NCBI RefSeq assembly: GCF_018350175.1
Contig: NC_058383.1
Location: 30,072,001 to 30,136,000 of the forward strand
Direction of reading: 5' to 3'
Origin: Felis catus
Taxonomy: Eukaryota
Length of the DNA: 64,000 nt
Part shown: positions 35,663 to 48,650 of the stretch, piece by piece
Numbering within the stretch: the first letter of the stretch is position 1
How the letters are laid out: each line of letters starts with the position of its first letter
Translations under genes and position numbers: made by a program
Notes under the pieces: generated by a model
Database searches by the model: none
What the model was told of the DNA's origin: nothing
The model's input: the letters and a program-made list of their open reading frames with translations, nothing else

Positions 35663-36585
35663 TGTGATAGTGGGTCTCCAAAGATGCCTTACCCCCAAGA
35701 ACCTCACTTTCTCATATCCATGCCTTTAAATAGTCTCCCACAGTGAATCTGGGCTGGCCCTGTGTAACTAATAGAACATACCAGAAATAATGCATGACTT
35801 CCAAAGCTAGGTTCAAGGAGGTTTGCAGTGTTCTAGCATATACTCAGTGCCCAGGAAGAGACAGGTGACACTCACTCAGGGAATCAGAAAAGACTGTTTA
35901 GTTTGCACTGGTGCCGGCCCAGCAGTGTCACCTCCAAAAGTTGAGCCCTGAGTCCTGGTGTGGGCCTTCTTTTATGCTTGGCTAGCTTCTGGGTACTTGG
36001 AAACGTTCTATTGGCTACACAGGGCAGGGTGGGGTTGGAAGGGTTACTATTGGTTGTGCTATGCAGGCAGTTGGCTCATGCAAGAGGCAAGCAAGATTAC
36101 AGAAGCCAAAAGCATCTGGCTGCCCCCCCCCCTCTTTTTTTAATCTGCTTTTGCCAGCTTTCCTTCTCAGCAACTTCTACCTTGAACACTTGCTCCAGGG
36201 GAAGTCAGCTATCATTTAACTAGGTTGAATATCTTGAGGACCACCCTATTGAGAGGAAGCCCAAGCTGGTCATATGGAGGAAAGCAACTGCCAGTAGCCC
36301 CCAAATGTCTCAGCCATCTCATCCCAAGCACCCAGCTTGTGAGGTACTCATCTGGAACATTCCAATTTCAGCAGGTGCCCCACGGTGAAGAATTTAGGCC
36401 CCACATACACCCCAGTTGAGCCATTCCTGCCATCTCTAGACAGATTATACCAGACACTGTGGAACATGGACATACAAGGAAAGACAAACTATCCTTTCAT
36501 GTGCTTTCAAATTTTCGACCCGCAGTCGTGAGCATATTAAAATGGCTGTGCCGTTTTGCCACTAAGTTTGGATCTGTTGTGTTAC
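35663..36585 (+). mobile_element. MLT1F/G-like MaLR LTR interrupted by a solo LTR
   Basis: tgtgatagtggg...gtgaatctgggctggccctgtg...gacttccaaagctagg; resumes after 36173. Confidence 0.6.
35829..36169 (-). mobile_element. ERV1-type solo LTR (341 bp)
   Basis: TG...CA ends; 4-bp TSD gcag (35825-35828) / gcaa (36170-36173); minus-strand CCAAT boxes and CATAAAAG TATA-like motif. Confidence 0.65.
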
Positions 36586-38299
36586 GCGGCAATAAAAAAC
36601 TGGAACACCTCTTTCTACTTCTTTTCTTGAAGGATCATTGCTTAAAAAAAAAAATATGTGTAAGAGCAAATCAGACATGCCTAAACAAGGCATAGTCTCA
36701 GAGATAAATATAATTTAGTTTTAGGCTAGGGTCGCCACTCCAAAACATATCAGGTATCTGTTGAATGGATGAGTAAAGGAAGAAAAGAAGGAAGGGTTTA
36801 AAGAAGGGAGGAAGAATGACAGTGAGAGCCTCCTGGTTGCAGCAAGAAAAACACCAGATGGGGCTTCTGTATTTGGTGTAAACCTTCCTAAAAGTTGGAC
36901 AGTGTTTGATAAATAAATTGAGTTTGATAAATAAGTCGTAATTACCATGTCAGTAGGGCATCCCACCAAACCCTCCTCTCTCTGCTCTTAGGAATTAATC
37001 TGCCCGTTGTCTCCAGGGAAGCTGCAATGGGGTGTTCCTTGAGCTGGGGTGCCCCTGCATCCTTCCAGCACCCTGCACTGGTTGACTTTGCAGATGGTGA
37101 CTCCTGAAATAACCTGTGAGGGTGAGGTCTGTCCCATGTGTGTGATGCCCATGACCATGCCATTCAGTGAAGCTCCCTCTGGTTTAGGAACAGGGATGTG
37201 GTGATGTGAACAGGTTGAAAGAGACCAACAGACAAGACTTGCAGAAGGAAACCAAGACGCTAGGACTGGAGAAAACGGAGGAAGTAGCTTTGCCCCCGAT
37301 TCTGACTACTTCCTAGTTCCCATCCAGTTCTTCGGAGTAACGCTCTTGTCCTTTTGTGGACAGAATCAGTCTCCAGTTCTTTTTTTTCCCGCAAGAAACC
37401 TCCCGAATGACACAAGTGGCAAGTAGAGAAAGTTGGCTTCCGTTTCACTTTATAAGTGCCTCCACCTCTGAATTCCCCCCATGACAAAACATGCCATAAA
37501 ACGTGAAACATGTATCATTCCCTCCTTTGGGTGCCAACCATCTTTCAACACATTGTCATGAATCCTGCACTGTCCTCTAACCTCCTGAAATGACTGCTTC
37601 CATCCCCATCTTCTCCAGTTGCTACAGAGTGATGCAAGCGGTGATTTATTCAAAGGGAGCCTTAGGCAAGCATGAAGTTATAGCCCTAGTGACATTCTCC
37701 ATGGCTGCCCGAAATTTTTGATAAACAGCCTTTCTCCACCGTACTCGATATTGGATTTGGATTTAAACATTTTATTTTCTTCCAGAGCTAACCTAAGGGA
37801 GTTTATCCCAATTCCTGTGGTTTCCAGGTTTCAGGGGACTAAACTCAATGAGTCAAAGTGTCCCTGGGTGTCCCAGGTCCTACCATCATGAGATATGACA
37901 TCACGCGATGGTTAAGAGGTGGACCCTGGAGGTGGGCTGCTTTGCTTTGAGTAGCTGCTCTCTTACTTCTCAGCTGTATGGTCAGGGTTAGGCAATTAAG
38001 CTTTCCAGTCTTGTTTTACCTTCTAAGGAGCGGGTGACAACTGTATTCACTTTGTGATGTTGAAAGACTCAAATAACTAATGCATAAAGGTGCAAGACTC
38101 TAAGTGAGCCTATGATGAAGTGCCAGGCCCTGTTGCTATCATTTGTATATATTTCTGCCTGCATTTAGCTCATCTCTTAACCTGGTGTGAATTTGCTTTA
38201 TTATTATTATTTTTCTACCTTTGGAGATTTTATTCACGTGTACATCATATATATATTATGTATATGTATGTGTATATAACATATATACACAAGGGCGCA

Positions 38300-38935
38300 T
38301 AGGTCATAAGAGGGCAGGGCCGTGAGTTTTCACAAACTGATCACAGTCGTGGAACCAGCCCCAGATCAAGAAACAGAACATCACCTGGACCCAAGAACTT
38401 GACTCCCCCTCATACCTTCTTCTAGTCACTACTCCCCGAGGAGATGTGCTGTTCTGATTTCGAGTGCTATGGGTTAGTTTTGCCTGTTGTTCAATTTTAC
38501 ATAATCTCCTACATGTACTCATCTGTGTCTGGCTCACTTTGATCAATATTCGATTTGTATAATCCACCCATGTTGTCACATGTCTAGCAGCCCTTTATGT
38601 ATGACATCCCACCCTGGGAATATACCATGGTTTGTGTAGCTGTTGTCTTGGTGATGGGTGTTCATGTCACCTGCAGTTTGGGAATGTCACGAAGAGTGCT
38701 AGACTCTCCTGAATGTGTCTTTGGGTGGACAGAGGCACGCGTTACTCTTGGCAATGGGATGGGTGGCTCTTAGAGGATGTGTGGCTTTAGTAGACAATGC
38801 CAAACAGTTTTTCAAAGCTGTTGTGCCACTTAACACTCCTGTTGCATGTGAGACCTCTACTTGTTCCTCATTTCTGCCACTAGTATTTTCTGTCTTTTCC
38901 ATATGAGCTGTTTTGGTAGGTGTGTTGGCTTCCCT
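38300..38935 (-). mobile_element. Old L1 (L1ME-like) 3' UTR fragment
   Basis: cccagatcaagaaacagaacatcacc...ttagttttgcctgt...tgccaaacagtttttcaaag. Confidence 0.65.
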
Positions 38936-38980
38936 TTTGAAAATCGGTTTGGCAAAGAGCAATGAAAAGGACGCTGTAGA

Positions 38981-39024
38981 AATGAATGAATGAATGAATG
39001 AATGAATGAATGAATGAATGAATG
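38981..39024. repeat. (AATG)n microsatellite
   Basis: Direct reading. Confidence 0.95.
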
Positions 39025-40466
39025 TGATTTGAGCCCCTACCTCTAATTTACATGTTCACTTCCTAGATATGTGATGAAGGCATCATTTGACGTTTCCTTG
39101 CTTATTTCCTTGTGTTGAAAATGAGGCTAATAATGTCCCCAGGGAATTTATAGCCCTTGTTTCAAGGAATGCTGTGTGGGCATTTGTGAACTCCTACTCC
39201 ATCCTGCTTTCAAGTCCATTTTCTCCCTGGATGCTAGAACTTACTCATCTGCTGGGGCTGTGCACCAATAACAAATTGTAATCATTAGGTCGAGGTAGTA
39301 ATTTCTGTGGTTGGAAAGTCAGGGCTTAATGGGTCATGCTGGTCTCTCAACAGGACTTTTGAATATAAGATCGCAGCACTGAGAGGTGGTATAGGGTTTG
39401 TTTTCCTCCTATTTACTAAATTAAGAAGTGAAAATAGAACCTGGTGATCATTTAAAACTGTAAACATATTTTAGGACACCCAATTTTATCTCATTTGTTG
39501 GCCAAGTGTGATATCTCAGCCATGAGAAAGCAAAACTTAACTCACTGGGGGAAAAGCCACAAAAAGGACTTTCCAAGACGATCTTTCAATGGTCAGACAC
39601 ACAGAACAGATTCATCCTGTCATAGAAATCTCCAAGTGGCCCTGTAGTTGTCTTCAGTTGCTACACTTTCAGGATGAGTTGAGATAATGTGATAAAATGA
39701 CCCAGATTCAGCTTAGGGAAATCTCATTGCCTCTTCTCCTTGGTACCTATAGCATTGACTAGCTGATTCAGACATCTGCACATGTAACTCAACATCAGAG
39801 ACCCTTCCATTCACTCTATAAGCCAGTGGTCTCCAGTGTTTTCAAGAGACAAATTGCTTGTTTTCAGAGCTGCAAGGAGCCCCAGAAATAGTTCCATCTG
39901 CTTGTTTTACAAATGATTAAAAACTGCTGACACGAGATGATAAATGACTTACACAAGGTTAAATTTAGTGACAGGCTCTGTCTGTCCAAATTTCCTGATT
40001 TTTGATGATTGGATTTACTTTAGATTCCATGAGGAACTTTGAAGGTGGCGTGAAACTGACAGGACCATAATTATGATTGCATAGGGGTCTCTTTCTGCTG
40101 AAAACATATTACAGACTGCTCCTTATCCTTCACAGTCAGATGAAATGTCTCCTCTGTGATCATTTCTCTGAGTTTTCACTTGATCCAGATTAAATTAACC
40201 CCTCCTTTATTTGTGCGCCTAATGTTGCATAATTCTGTGTTATACCATCTCATTCATGCGTGTGTTATTTATTTATTTATTCAGAGATGTATGCATGAGT
40301 GCATTCCCCAAGCATATCACATTTTATTACAGTTTGTTACCTAATTGTCCCTTTTTCTTCTTGAACCTGAGAGTTGCTTGAAGTCAGGGGTCGCAAGAAG
40401 TTCACCTTTGCATCTTGCTTAATGGCAATCACACTGAGAAAAATATAGACAGAGACACAGGGAAAG

Positions 40467-40469
40467 ACA

Positions 40470-40538
<69 letters not shown>
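40467..40538. repeat. Compound (CA)n(GA)n microsatellite
   Basis: Direct reading. Confidence 0.95.
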
Positions 40539-40546
<8 letters not shown>

Positions 40547-41958
40547 TGGAAGAAAGAATGTGGGAAGGAGAAGGAAGAGAGAGGAAAGAAAAGGGAATTT
40601 AGGAGATGTTATGGACATCTGTTGTTTGCCTACTGAGTGTCTGTATTCCCTTCCTCTGTCTTTAGCATCTATATTTTTATCTAGGAAACCACCCCTCTCT
40701 ACTCCCACCCAGCCCATGTATCTCATGTGGGGCTGACCTCACAGTCTCTCACTCCAGGCATGAACACACAAGTCACGTTGTCCACTCGGCATGTTCCCCT
40801 CTTTGATCACAATGATGAGCAAGTCAGACTGGCCTAACACAATTCTGGGAATTTTATTAGAACTACTGAAAAGGGAAACTCTCTCCATCGGTTTCAAGGG
40901 AGTTGGTCTGCCAGCAACAATTTTGTCACCAGGAGGGGAAGAATCTGCCAGTGAATGAAACTTACTCCGATAGAAGCAGAGATGGAAACAGATCCAGTTC
41001 CTGATGCTGTGATTTGAGCCCCTGTATCCAGCTGTGACTGAATCTGATTTGTGAATCTAGTTCCATAAGCCAGTGTATTTCCATTTGGCTGCTGAAACCA
41101 GTTTGAGTTAGCTTTCTTTCACCTGTAACCAAGAGAGTTCCAATTACTATGAATTATAAGTGAGAGAAGAAAGAAAAAGGAGAGGTTAGGGCACCCCTGC
41201 TGGTAAATCCCCTCCAGTTATTGGGTACTTCTGGTCTAACACATCAGCAGAGCTACTGAATGGACTTTTCTGTTAAGCAGAAGGGGAAGGCCATGCCAGG
41301 ACAGACCCATGGTAGAAGTATGTTTGGACACTGATCTCCTTCTCAGCCCTTTGCAAATACTCTACCTGCCTCTGTACTTAGGAATGGCAAAGTCATAAGT
41401 AAAATCCCTTTCCTTTTTTTATATACAGCAACTTGAACCATACAATGAGTGCTTGACCTATATTTTCAAGGCCTCTTCTATTTTTGACACCGCAGGTTCA
41501 GCTGGTTCTCCTACCTGAAGTCTCATTTCCAGAGGTCTCCCAGAAGCCCACCATAGAGCATCTTGGGTGACCAACCATCACAGTTTTCCCAGGACTGAGG
41601 GGGAACCTAGAACATGGGACGTTCTGTGCTACGATTTATTGACCATTCATATCTGCTAAGAAGCTTGGACACTGTGACAGAGTCAGCTTGGTATCTCACC
41701 CACGTAAGTTTTCTCTGTCTCCTTCTTGCTACATTTTAGCTGGGCTGTAGCCAGTTTCTCTTGACGACAAGAGCAGTCACCTTTCTAAGTTCGAGCCTGT
41801 GGCCTGGACGCAGCAGTATCAGGTGTGATTTATAGGTTGTATTTTCAGAGAAAGAGGGTGCGCCTTTATTCCCCTTACCTTGCCTTCACTCTTCCTGTGG
41901 TTTGGAATTCAGATGTGCTGTCAGGCCATCTTTGCTGATGCAAAGTGGAACAGCCTAT

Positions 41959-42104
41959 GGGGGCACGTGGGTGGCTCAGTCGTTGAGCGGTTGAGGGGTG
42001 ATTATCTAACTCTTGATTTGGGCTCAGGTCAGGATCTCATGGTTTGTGAGATGGAGCCCTGCATCAGGCTCTGTGCTGATTGCTTGGAACCTGCTTGAGA
42101 TTCT

Positions 42105-42148
<44 letters not shown>

Positions 42149-42190
42149 GCCTCCCCCATGCTCTTTCTCTCTCTCTCTCTGTCAAAAGAA
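41959..42190 (+). mobile_element. CanSINE
   Basis: ggggcacgtgggtggctcagtcg head and long CT tract. Confidence 0.9.
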
Positions 42191-43824
42191 GAAGAAGAGA
42201 AGTTAAGTACTCTGCCCTTGACTGTTCACTTGGTCAATGACTGAACTTCTAGCAGACTCTGGTCTTCATTCACATATAATAGGGGCTCCTAATCCCCATG
42301 TTCTACTGCCATTTCCACTTTTCCTTTTTATGGAGTGCCTTCTAACATTCACAGTCTTCTATAATTGTTACTCAGTCAAGGAGGCAGGAACTACTATTGT
42401 CCTTATTAGCCAGATCAGTTCAGTAACTTGCCTAAACTCATCCTGTGAATTAGCAGTGGACCTGGGATGAAAATCCCAGTCTCCAGACCTGGAAGCTTTG
42501 CCTTTTCACTTGCCTCCACCAACAGAGCTCGTGTAGAATACCAGCACATGTACCAAGTAACTCCCCTAGCCCCTCCTGATATTTTTAAAAATACACTAAG
42601 CAACTCAATCAGGTTTTAAATTCAAGAACATCTCATGGCAGTTGCTTTGTTTGAATTAAGGTGCCTGTGACAGAAAAAAATAATTTGTTCATCAAACATA
42701 AATAAAGTTATGGTCCCTTTCAGTCTCCCCTCTTCCAGACAGTATCTTTCTCACTAGGTTTATTAATAATTTTTATCAGTGAAAGGGAATTTACTTAAAA
42801 CACCAGTCTTTGAGCAAACACATGGTATAATTCAGGTGCAACCTGGGGCTTTGTTTATTGAGATTTAACAGTGGTATAGAATTCTTATCATCAATTTAGC
42901 ATCCTTGAAACAGCCAGCGTCAGCTCCCCGATGGTAAAGTTTCTGACAGACACTCTATTTTTCCTGCCTATTTTCCAAACCGTAGGTTCTAATTCTGTGT
43001 TCTAGTTAATTAGCATCGTCTGTAATTTTAGACAGCCCCTCTCTGTTTAAGGCACCCAGAATTCCATCTTTGTTTCCAAAGGTGGCTGTGTGTTGTGCCA
43101 GGAGGTGCTTAGCTGCTGAAATAAATAAATGACATATCACTCGTGAAAGGCACGGTTGCTTCATTGGGCAGATGTCTCTTGGTGGTGGTGACTAAATATA
43201 GCATGCCAATTTTAGGGCAAAAATGCAATTTTAAAATGTAATGATAAAACTATTGATTGGAAAGATGTCACTTTGATTTCCTGGTCACTGCGATTATATA
43301 GACATTTGCCCTTTTCAGGCATGGGAATATTTAACCCCTGAAAACTACTATTTTATCATGAACAGATTTCACACTGAAAAACAACTTGAAAGGCTTGTCT
43401 CCTCTGAGGTCTGGTCTTTTGAGTATAGCTGTGAAAACACGGTCAGGGGAAAGGAAAGGAGAGGAAAGGAGGGAAAAGGAGAGGAAGGAGGAAGGAGGAA
43501 GGACCTACGTACTGTGGGAGGTACCGTCTTAAATAATACTGACATCACTAAAAGTAGAATGGTTGCTGCCCTGTTTCAAAGTTCATTACGTGCCAGACAC
43601 TGTGCCCAGCACTTTATTCGTATTATGGGTTCATTCAGTTTTCACAACATGCCCAGGATCAGAGGAAGATGAATTTGATGTGAAGCAAACAAAGTTTACG
43701 TTTTAAGGCCCCCTCACTTGCGTGGACATTTTCTGAGGCTCTAGGATCGCTGCTATTCGTTTGTCTGTTTCATTGTTTTTTTAATTTGCAAAAGTAAATG
43801 TTTTTTTTTTAATCTCAGTCATAA

Positions 43825-44452
43825 TTTTATTTTTTTTAATATAATTTATTGTCATGTTGGCTAACATACAGTGTATACAGTGTGCTCTTGGTTTTGGGGG
43901 TAGATTCCCGTGGTTCATCGCTTACATACAACACCCAATGTTCATCCCAACAAGTGCCCTCCTCAATGCCCATCACCCATTTTCCCCTCTCCCCCTTCCA
44001 CTCCCATCAACCCTCAGTTTGTTCTATTTAAGAGTCTCTTATGGTTTGCCTCCCTCCCTCTTTGTTGGTAACTATTTTTCCCAGTTTGCTTCTCCCATGG
44101 TCTTCTGTTAAATTCCTCAAGATCCACATATGAGTGAAAACATATGATATCTGTCCTTCTCTCACTGACTTATTTCACTCAGCACAATACCTTCCAGTTC
44201 TATCCACGTTGCTGCAAATGGCATGGTTTCATTCTTTTTCATTGCCAAATAGTATTCCAATTAAAAATAGAACTACTCTACAACCCAGCAATGGCACTCC
44301 TAGGAATTTATCCAAAGGATACAGGAGTGCTGATTCATAGGGGCACATGTACCCCAATGTTTATAGCAGCACTTTCAACAATAGCCAAATTATGGAAAAA
44401 GCCCAAATGTCTGTCAACTGATGGATAGATAAAGATGATGTGGTTTATATAT
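43825..44452 (-). mobile_element. 5'-truncated carnivore L1 with 5' inversion (twin priming)
   Basis: 43825-44259 is an antisense 3' UTR with T tail; 44260-44452 is sense ORF2 end (LKIELLYNPAMALLGIYPKD...CTPMFIAALSTIAKLWKKPKC). Confidence 0.88.
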
Positions 44453-45141
44453 GCGAACATCAACGTTTTAACTGAAGTGGTCTAAGATGGCTAAGTCTTT
44501 CCCCGGGACATCTCCTTTGTTATACATCCCTCTGTGTTGGTTACTGGTGGAAACATTGAGAGGATTTGGGATTTGGATTTGGGATTCCGCTCCAGGAATA
44601 GATTAGGATGGGCTTAGTGGTATATGTTTATGTGGTTCTCGCTCATTCCCAACCCACCAGAGGAGGGAATGGGGAGAGCTTCCAGGAATATTCCTGCCCC
44701 TACTGTGCTGACTCACCTGGTGTATTGATACAAAACAGCAGGCCCGGAGGTGGTATTGCAGTGGGAACCGAAAAAAATGTAGGTAACACAGGAGAAATTA
44801 GGCTTGAATTTCATGGAGTCAGAAGCTAGTCGTTGGGAAAATTCTTCTAAAATATAGATCTCATGTATGAAAAAAAACCTACTCGTTGGAGATTTCCCCA
44901 AATTTGATGACGATCCTAAAAATGTACATGATGTTACCAACAGTGAGTTGTGAAGCTGAAAGTAAATTTTCTAAGCCATGAATAATAATTTTAATTTTCT
45001 GTCAACCATACTCAAAAAAAAGAATTGTTTGTTCTCTGTAGAAAATGCTGTTTTAAATTATTGTTATACTGAAGACAGAGCATGCAGATGGAACATAAAG
45101 GATACAAATATTATAGAGGTTTATTAGTTATTAATAAGAAC

Positions 45142-45144
<3 letters not shown>

Positions 45145-45184
<40 letters not shown>

Positions 45185-45309
45185 ATTTTAAATACACTCT
45201 ATGACCAGCAGAGAGCCCAACATGGGGCTTGAACTCACTACCCTGAGATTAAGACTTGAGCTGAGATCAAGAGTCAGTCGCTTAACTGACTGAACCACTC
45301 AGGCACCCC
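45145..45309 (-). mobile_element. CanSINE with (TTA)n-expanded tail
   Basis: Head ccactcaggcacccc; aagaactatt on both sides. Confidence 0.85.
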
Positions 45310-45429
45310 AAGAACTATTATTTTTAAAAATCTTATAATGTTTGGGCATTTATAAACCTTTAAAAGTTAGAATCTACTGTTACTTCCTAAAGAGAATTAC
45401 CAACTTTTTAAAATAAACTAGTCTTTTCT

Positions 45430-45492
45430 TGTAAGTTTATTTATTTATTTTGAGAGAGAGAGAGGAGGGGAGGGACAGAGAGAGGGAGAGGG

Positions 45493-45555
<63 letters not shown>

Positions 45556-45671
45556 CCCAAGCAGGCTCCACTGACCCAGATGTGGGGGCTCAAACTCACA
45601 AACCATGAGATCATGACCCAAACTGAAATCAAGAAATCAGATGCTTAACCAAATGAGCCACATGGGCACCC
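45430..45671 (-). mobile_element. CanSINE
   Basis: (GA)n tract, gggctcaaactcac, head gccacatgggcaccc. Confidence 0.9.
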
Positions 45672-46007
45672 TGAGAATTATTGATTTAGTATAATAATAA
45701 TTTTTAAATCAGAATTTTTTTAGATTTCTTAGACTTATTTTTAGAATTTTAAGAATTATTAGAATTATTTAAACATTAGTATTATTTTTAAAAATCTACT
45801 GTCTTTTATATTTTAATTTTTTTATTCTTTTACTTAAAGGGTGTGTAACCTTCAGACCCCACAAAAGTGTACAAATGGCTTGACCAATAGAGACTTTTAT
45901 TTCTCATAAATAAAACATCTGGAGATAGATGGTTTCAGGGAAAGTCGATTCACAATCTACACACTGTCAGACCCTATAGCTTTTCTGTGATCTTCTTGGC
46001 TTTCTCC

Positions 46008-46052
46008 TCTTTTTTTTTCTTCAATTTTTCAATGTTTATTTTATTTATTTCT

Positions 46053-46086
<34 letters not shown>

Positions 46087-46247
46087 ATGAGTGGGGGAGG
46101 GGCAGAAAGAGTGGAAGACACAGAATCTGAAGCAGGCTCCATGCTCTGGGCTGTCAGCACAGAGCCCAGTGTGGGGCTCGAACTCATGAACTGTGAGATC
46201 ATGACCTGAGCTGAAGTCGGGCACTGACTGAGCCACCCAGGTGCCCC
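46008..46247 (-). mobile_element. CanSINE
   Basis: Head gccacccaggtgcccc, (GA)n tract, T tail. Confidence 0.92.
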
Positions 46248-47768
46248 TTGGCTTTCCCCTCCTAACTGCGAGTTGGGTGATGTAGCGACCATCGTCACAA
46301 AATTGCACAATCATGTCTAAAATTATGAAGACAGCAAGATGGGTTTGCTTTCTTCTCATTTCTTTCCTGCTGTCAGGGAGGGAAGTCTTTCCCCAGTACT
46401 TTCCAGCAGACTTCCCTTTATATTCAGTCCAGATACAGTCATATGGCCAAACCTAAAGCAGTCACTGACAAATGGAAATAGATTATGTTCCATCTAGAAA
46501 TCAAAATCCATCCCTAGGACAGGACACATTTCCCTGAATACCTGAACAGACCCAGCACTACTTTGTCAACAAAGATGGAACGACTGCTGGTTAGGCAACC
46601 AACAGTGGTCACAATGGTGCCATGGTCCCTTTTTTGCACATAAATTAAGGCTCAGTGACATGAAGTGATGTCTGCAAAGTGACACACTTAGAAAAGCGTC
46701 ACTTAGAAAGTGGTGAAATTAGAAAACCCATGTGTGTTTGTCTCTGAAACCCACTGATGCTTTCTACCAAGTCCTATAGCCTTCCCAACCCACAGGGCCA
46801 TATCCCTGGTGCATACTAAAAAGTTCTAGAACTTTGTGGAGCATGGCCAATGGCTGAGGTGGAGAATAGGGCAGCTGAATGCTGGCCAGAAGGTTTCACA
46901 GGATCAGGGAAGAGGAGGGTGCTCTGGCTCCGAGCCTGGAGAGCAAATAGCAATAAGGACCAGTACAGATGCCCAGTATACATTTTTAGTTCTTGCTGAG
47001 TAAAAAAGGGAATTTCAGGTGGTAAGGGGTAATGTAAAGAAAATAATAATGGAAAGCAAAGGGGTTGAGTATAAGGAAAGACTGGCATTGAATTATAATA
47101 TGCCATTTACAAGATATGCTTCCGTCTTGAGATATTTGCTCTTAAAATATGTTTTCAAAGAAGGGATATCTACTGTGGCTTGTGCAGATCAAAGAAAAGT
47201 CAGAGCAACTACCAGCTTTATGCCCCTTCCTTTACAGGGGAGGAAACTGAGGCCCATAGAGGGAAAGTGACTTGTCAAAGAAGGCTCACATACATGGTAG
47301 CAGAACTCTCGTCTACAAAATTGGGTTATTTTATTTTTCAGTCATCTTTTCAAGAGTGCCATTCTAGATCCTGAAGTAGGAAGGCATCTTTCTGTCCTCA
47401 CTTCCTGATACGACCTACTCAGAAGATGATTTAAGGTTAATGACTTGCTCCTTTCCTTGTGGAAGCATGTGTATGATGATTCTGAGCTGTACTATCCAAT
47501 ATGTGATTAAGTGCTGCTTTTGAATGACTGTCTCCACTTCCAACACAGTGCTAGAAAGTGTCGAATCTGTTAGTGATTAGGGATAACATTCCACACTGGA
47601 TTCGTGGGATTCTTACTAAGGGTGCATTCCTCAGGGGCTAGCCCTCAGTTTCTGGTCCTGCAAAGGCATTCCTGCATCCCCCAAAGATGTACCACACGCC
47701 AAATATGTGCTCTGAACTCAATTTATGATTACAGAAAGAAAGAAGTTATTTTTAAAAATTAGGTCCTT

Positions 47769-47892
47769 GGGGAGCCTTTGTGGTTTAATCGGTTGAGCGT
47801 CCTGCTTTTGATTTCAGCTCAGGTCATGATCCCAGGATCCTAGGATTGAGTCCCATGTCAGACTTTACACTCATTGTGGAGCCTGTTTGGGA

Positions 47893-47939
<47 letters not shown>

Positions 47940-47990
47940 CCACCCCTCCCCCCTCAAAATAAATAAATACATAACAAGTAATAAAAATTA
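47769..47990 (+). mobile_element. CanSINE (older subfamily)
   Basis: ggggagcctttgtggtttaatcggttgagcgtc head, CT tract; aaaaattagg on both sides. Confidence 0.85.
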
Positions 47991-48014
47991 GGTTCTGGAA
48001 GGCAGTTCAAAAAA

Positions 48015-48185
48015 ATTTTTTATGCTTATTTATTTTGATTGAGCAAGAGAGAGAGAGAGAGAGAATCCCAGGCAAACCTCATACTGTCAGTGCAGAGCCC
48101 TATGCGGGGCTTGAGCTCACGACCCATGACATTATGACCTGAGCCAAAGTCAGATGCTTACTGGACTGAGCCACCCAGGCACCCC
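48015..48185 (-). mobile_element. CanSINE
   Basis: Head gccacccaggcacccc and GA tract. Confidence 0.88.
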
Positions 48186-48299
48186 TCATATTTGTGTCTA
48201 GTTTGTTTCTGGTCACATGGCAGGGATGTGAGAGAATGTCCATAGAACACATCAGTTGTGATAAGAATCCGGAAAACCTTACGGTTGGGCTGACACCCC

Positions 48300-48650
48300 A
48301 AGATCATAGAGTGGGTGGCTTCCACAACAGAAATATATTTACTCACAGTTCTGGCAACTGGAAAGTCTGAAGTCAAGGTGCTGGCTGACAGTTTCTGGTG
48401 AGAACTCTCTTCTTGGCTTGCACTTGGCAGCCTTTTTGCTTTGTCCTCACGTGATGGAGAAAGAGGTGTCTCTGATGTCTCTTCCTCTTCTTCTAAGGGC
48501 ACCAGCCCTAGTGGATTAGGACCCTTCCTTTATGGCCTCATTTAATTTTCCTCCCCTCCCCAGAGGCCCTATCTCCTAATACAGTCACATTAGGGGTTAG
48601 GGCCTCAACTTATGAATGCAGGGGGGGAGGGGGGACATAAACATGCAATC
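48300..48650 (-). mobile_element. MLT1A-like MaLR LTR
   Basis: acaacagaaatatatttactcacagttctggcaactggaaagtctgaagtcaaggtgctggc...ggattaggaccc...gggttagggcctcaac. Confidence 0.8.

Larger units (their letters stand above)
43655..45882 (+). mobile_element. hAT-Tip100 (Zaphod-like) DNA transposon fossil with nested L1 and SINEs
   Basis: Degenerate hAT dimerisation-domain coding remnant gttaccaacagtgagttgtgaagctgaaagtaaattttctaag (LPTVSCEAESKFSK, ~44931-44975). Confidence 0.55.
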
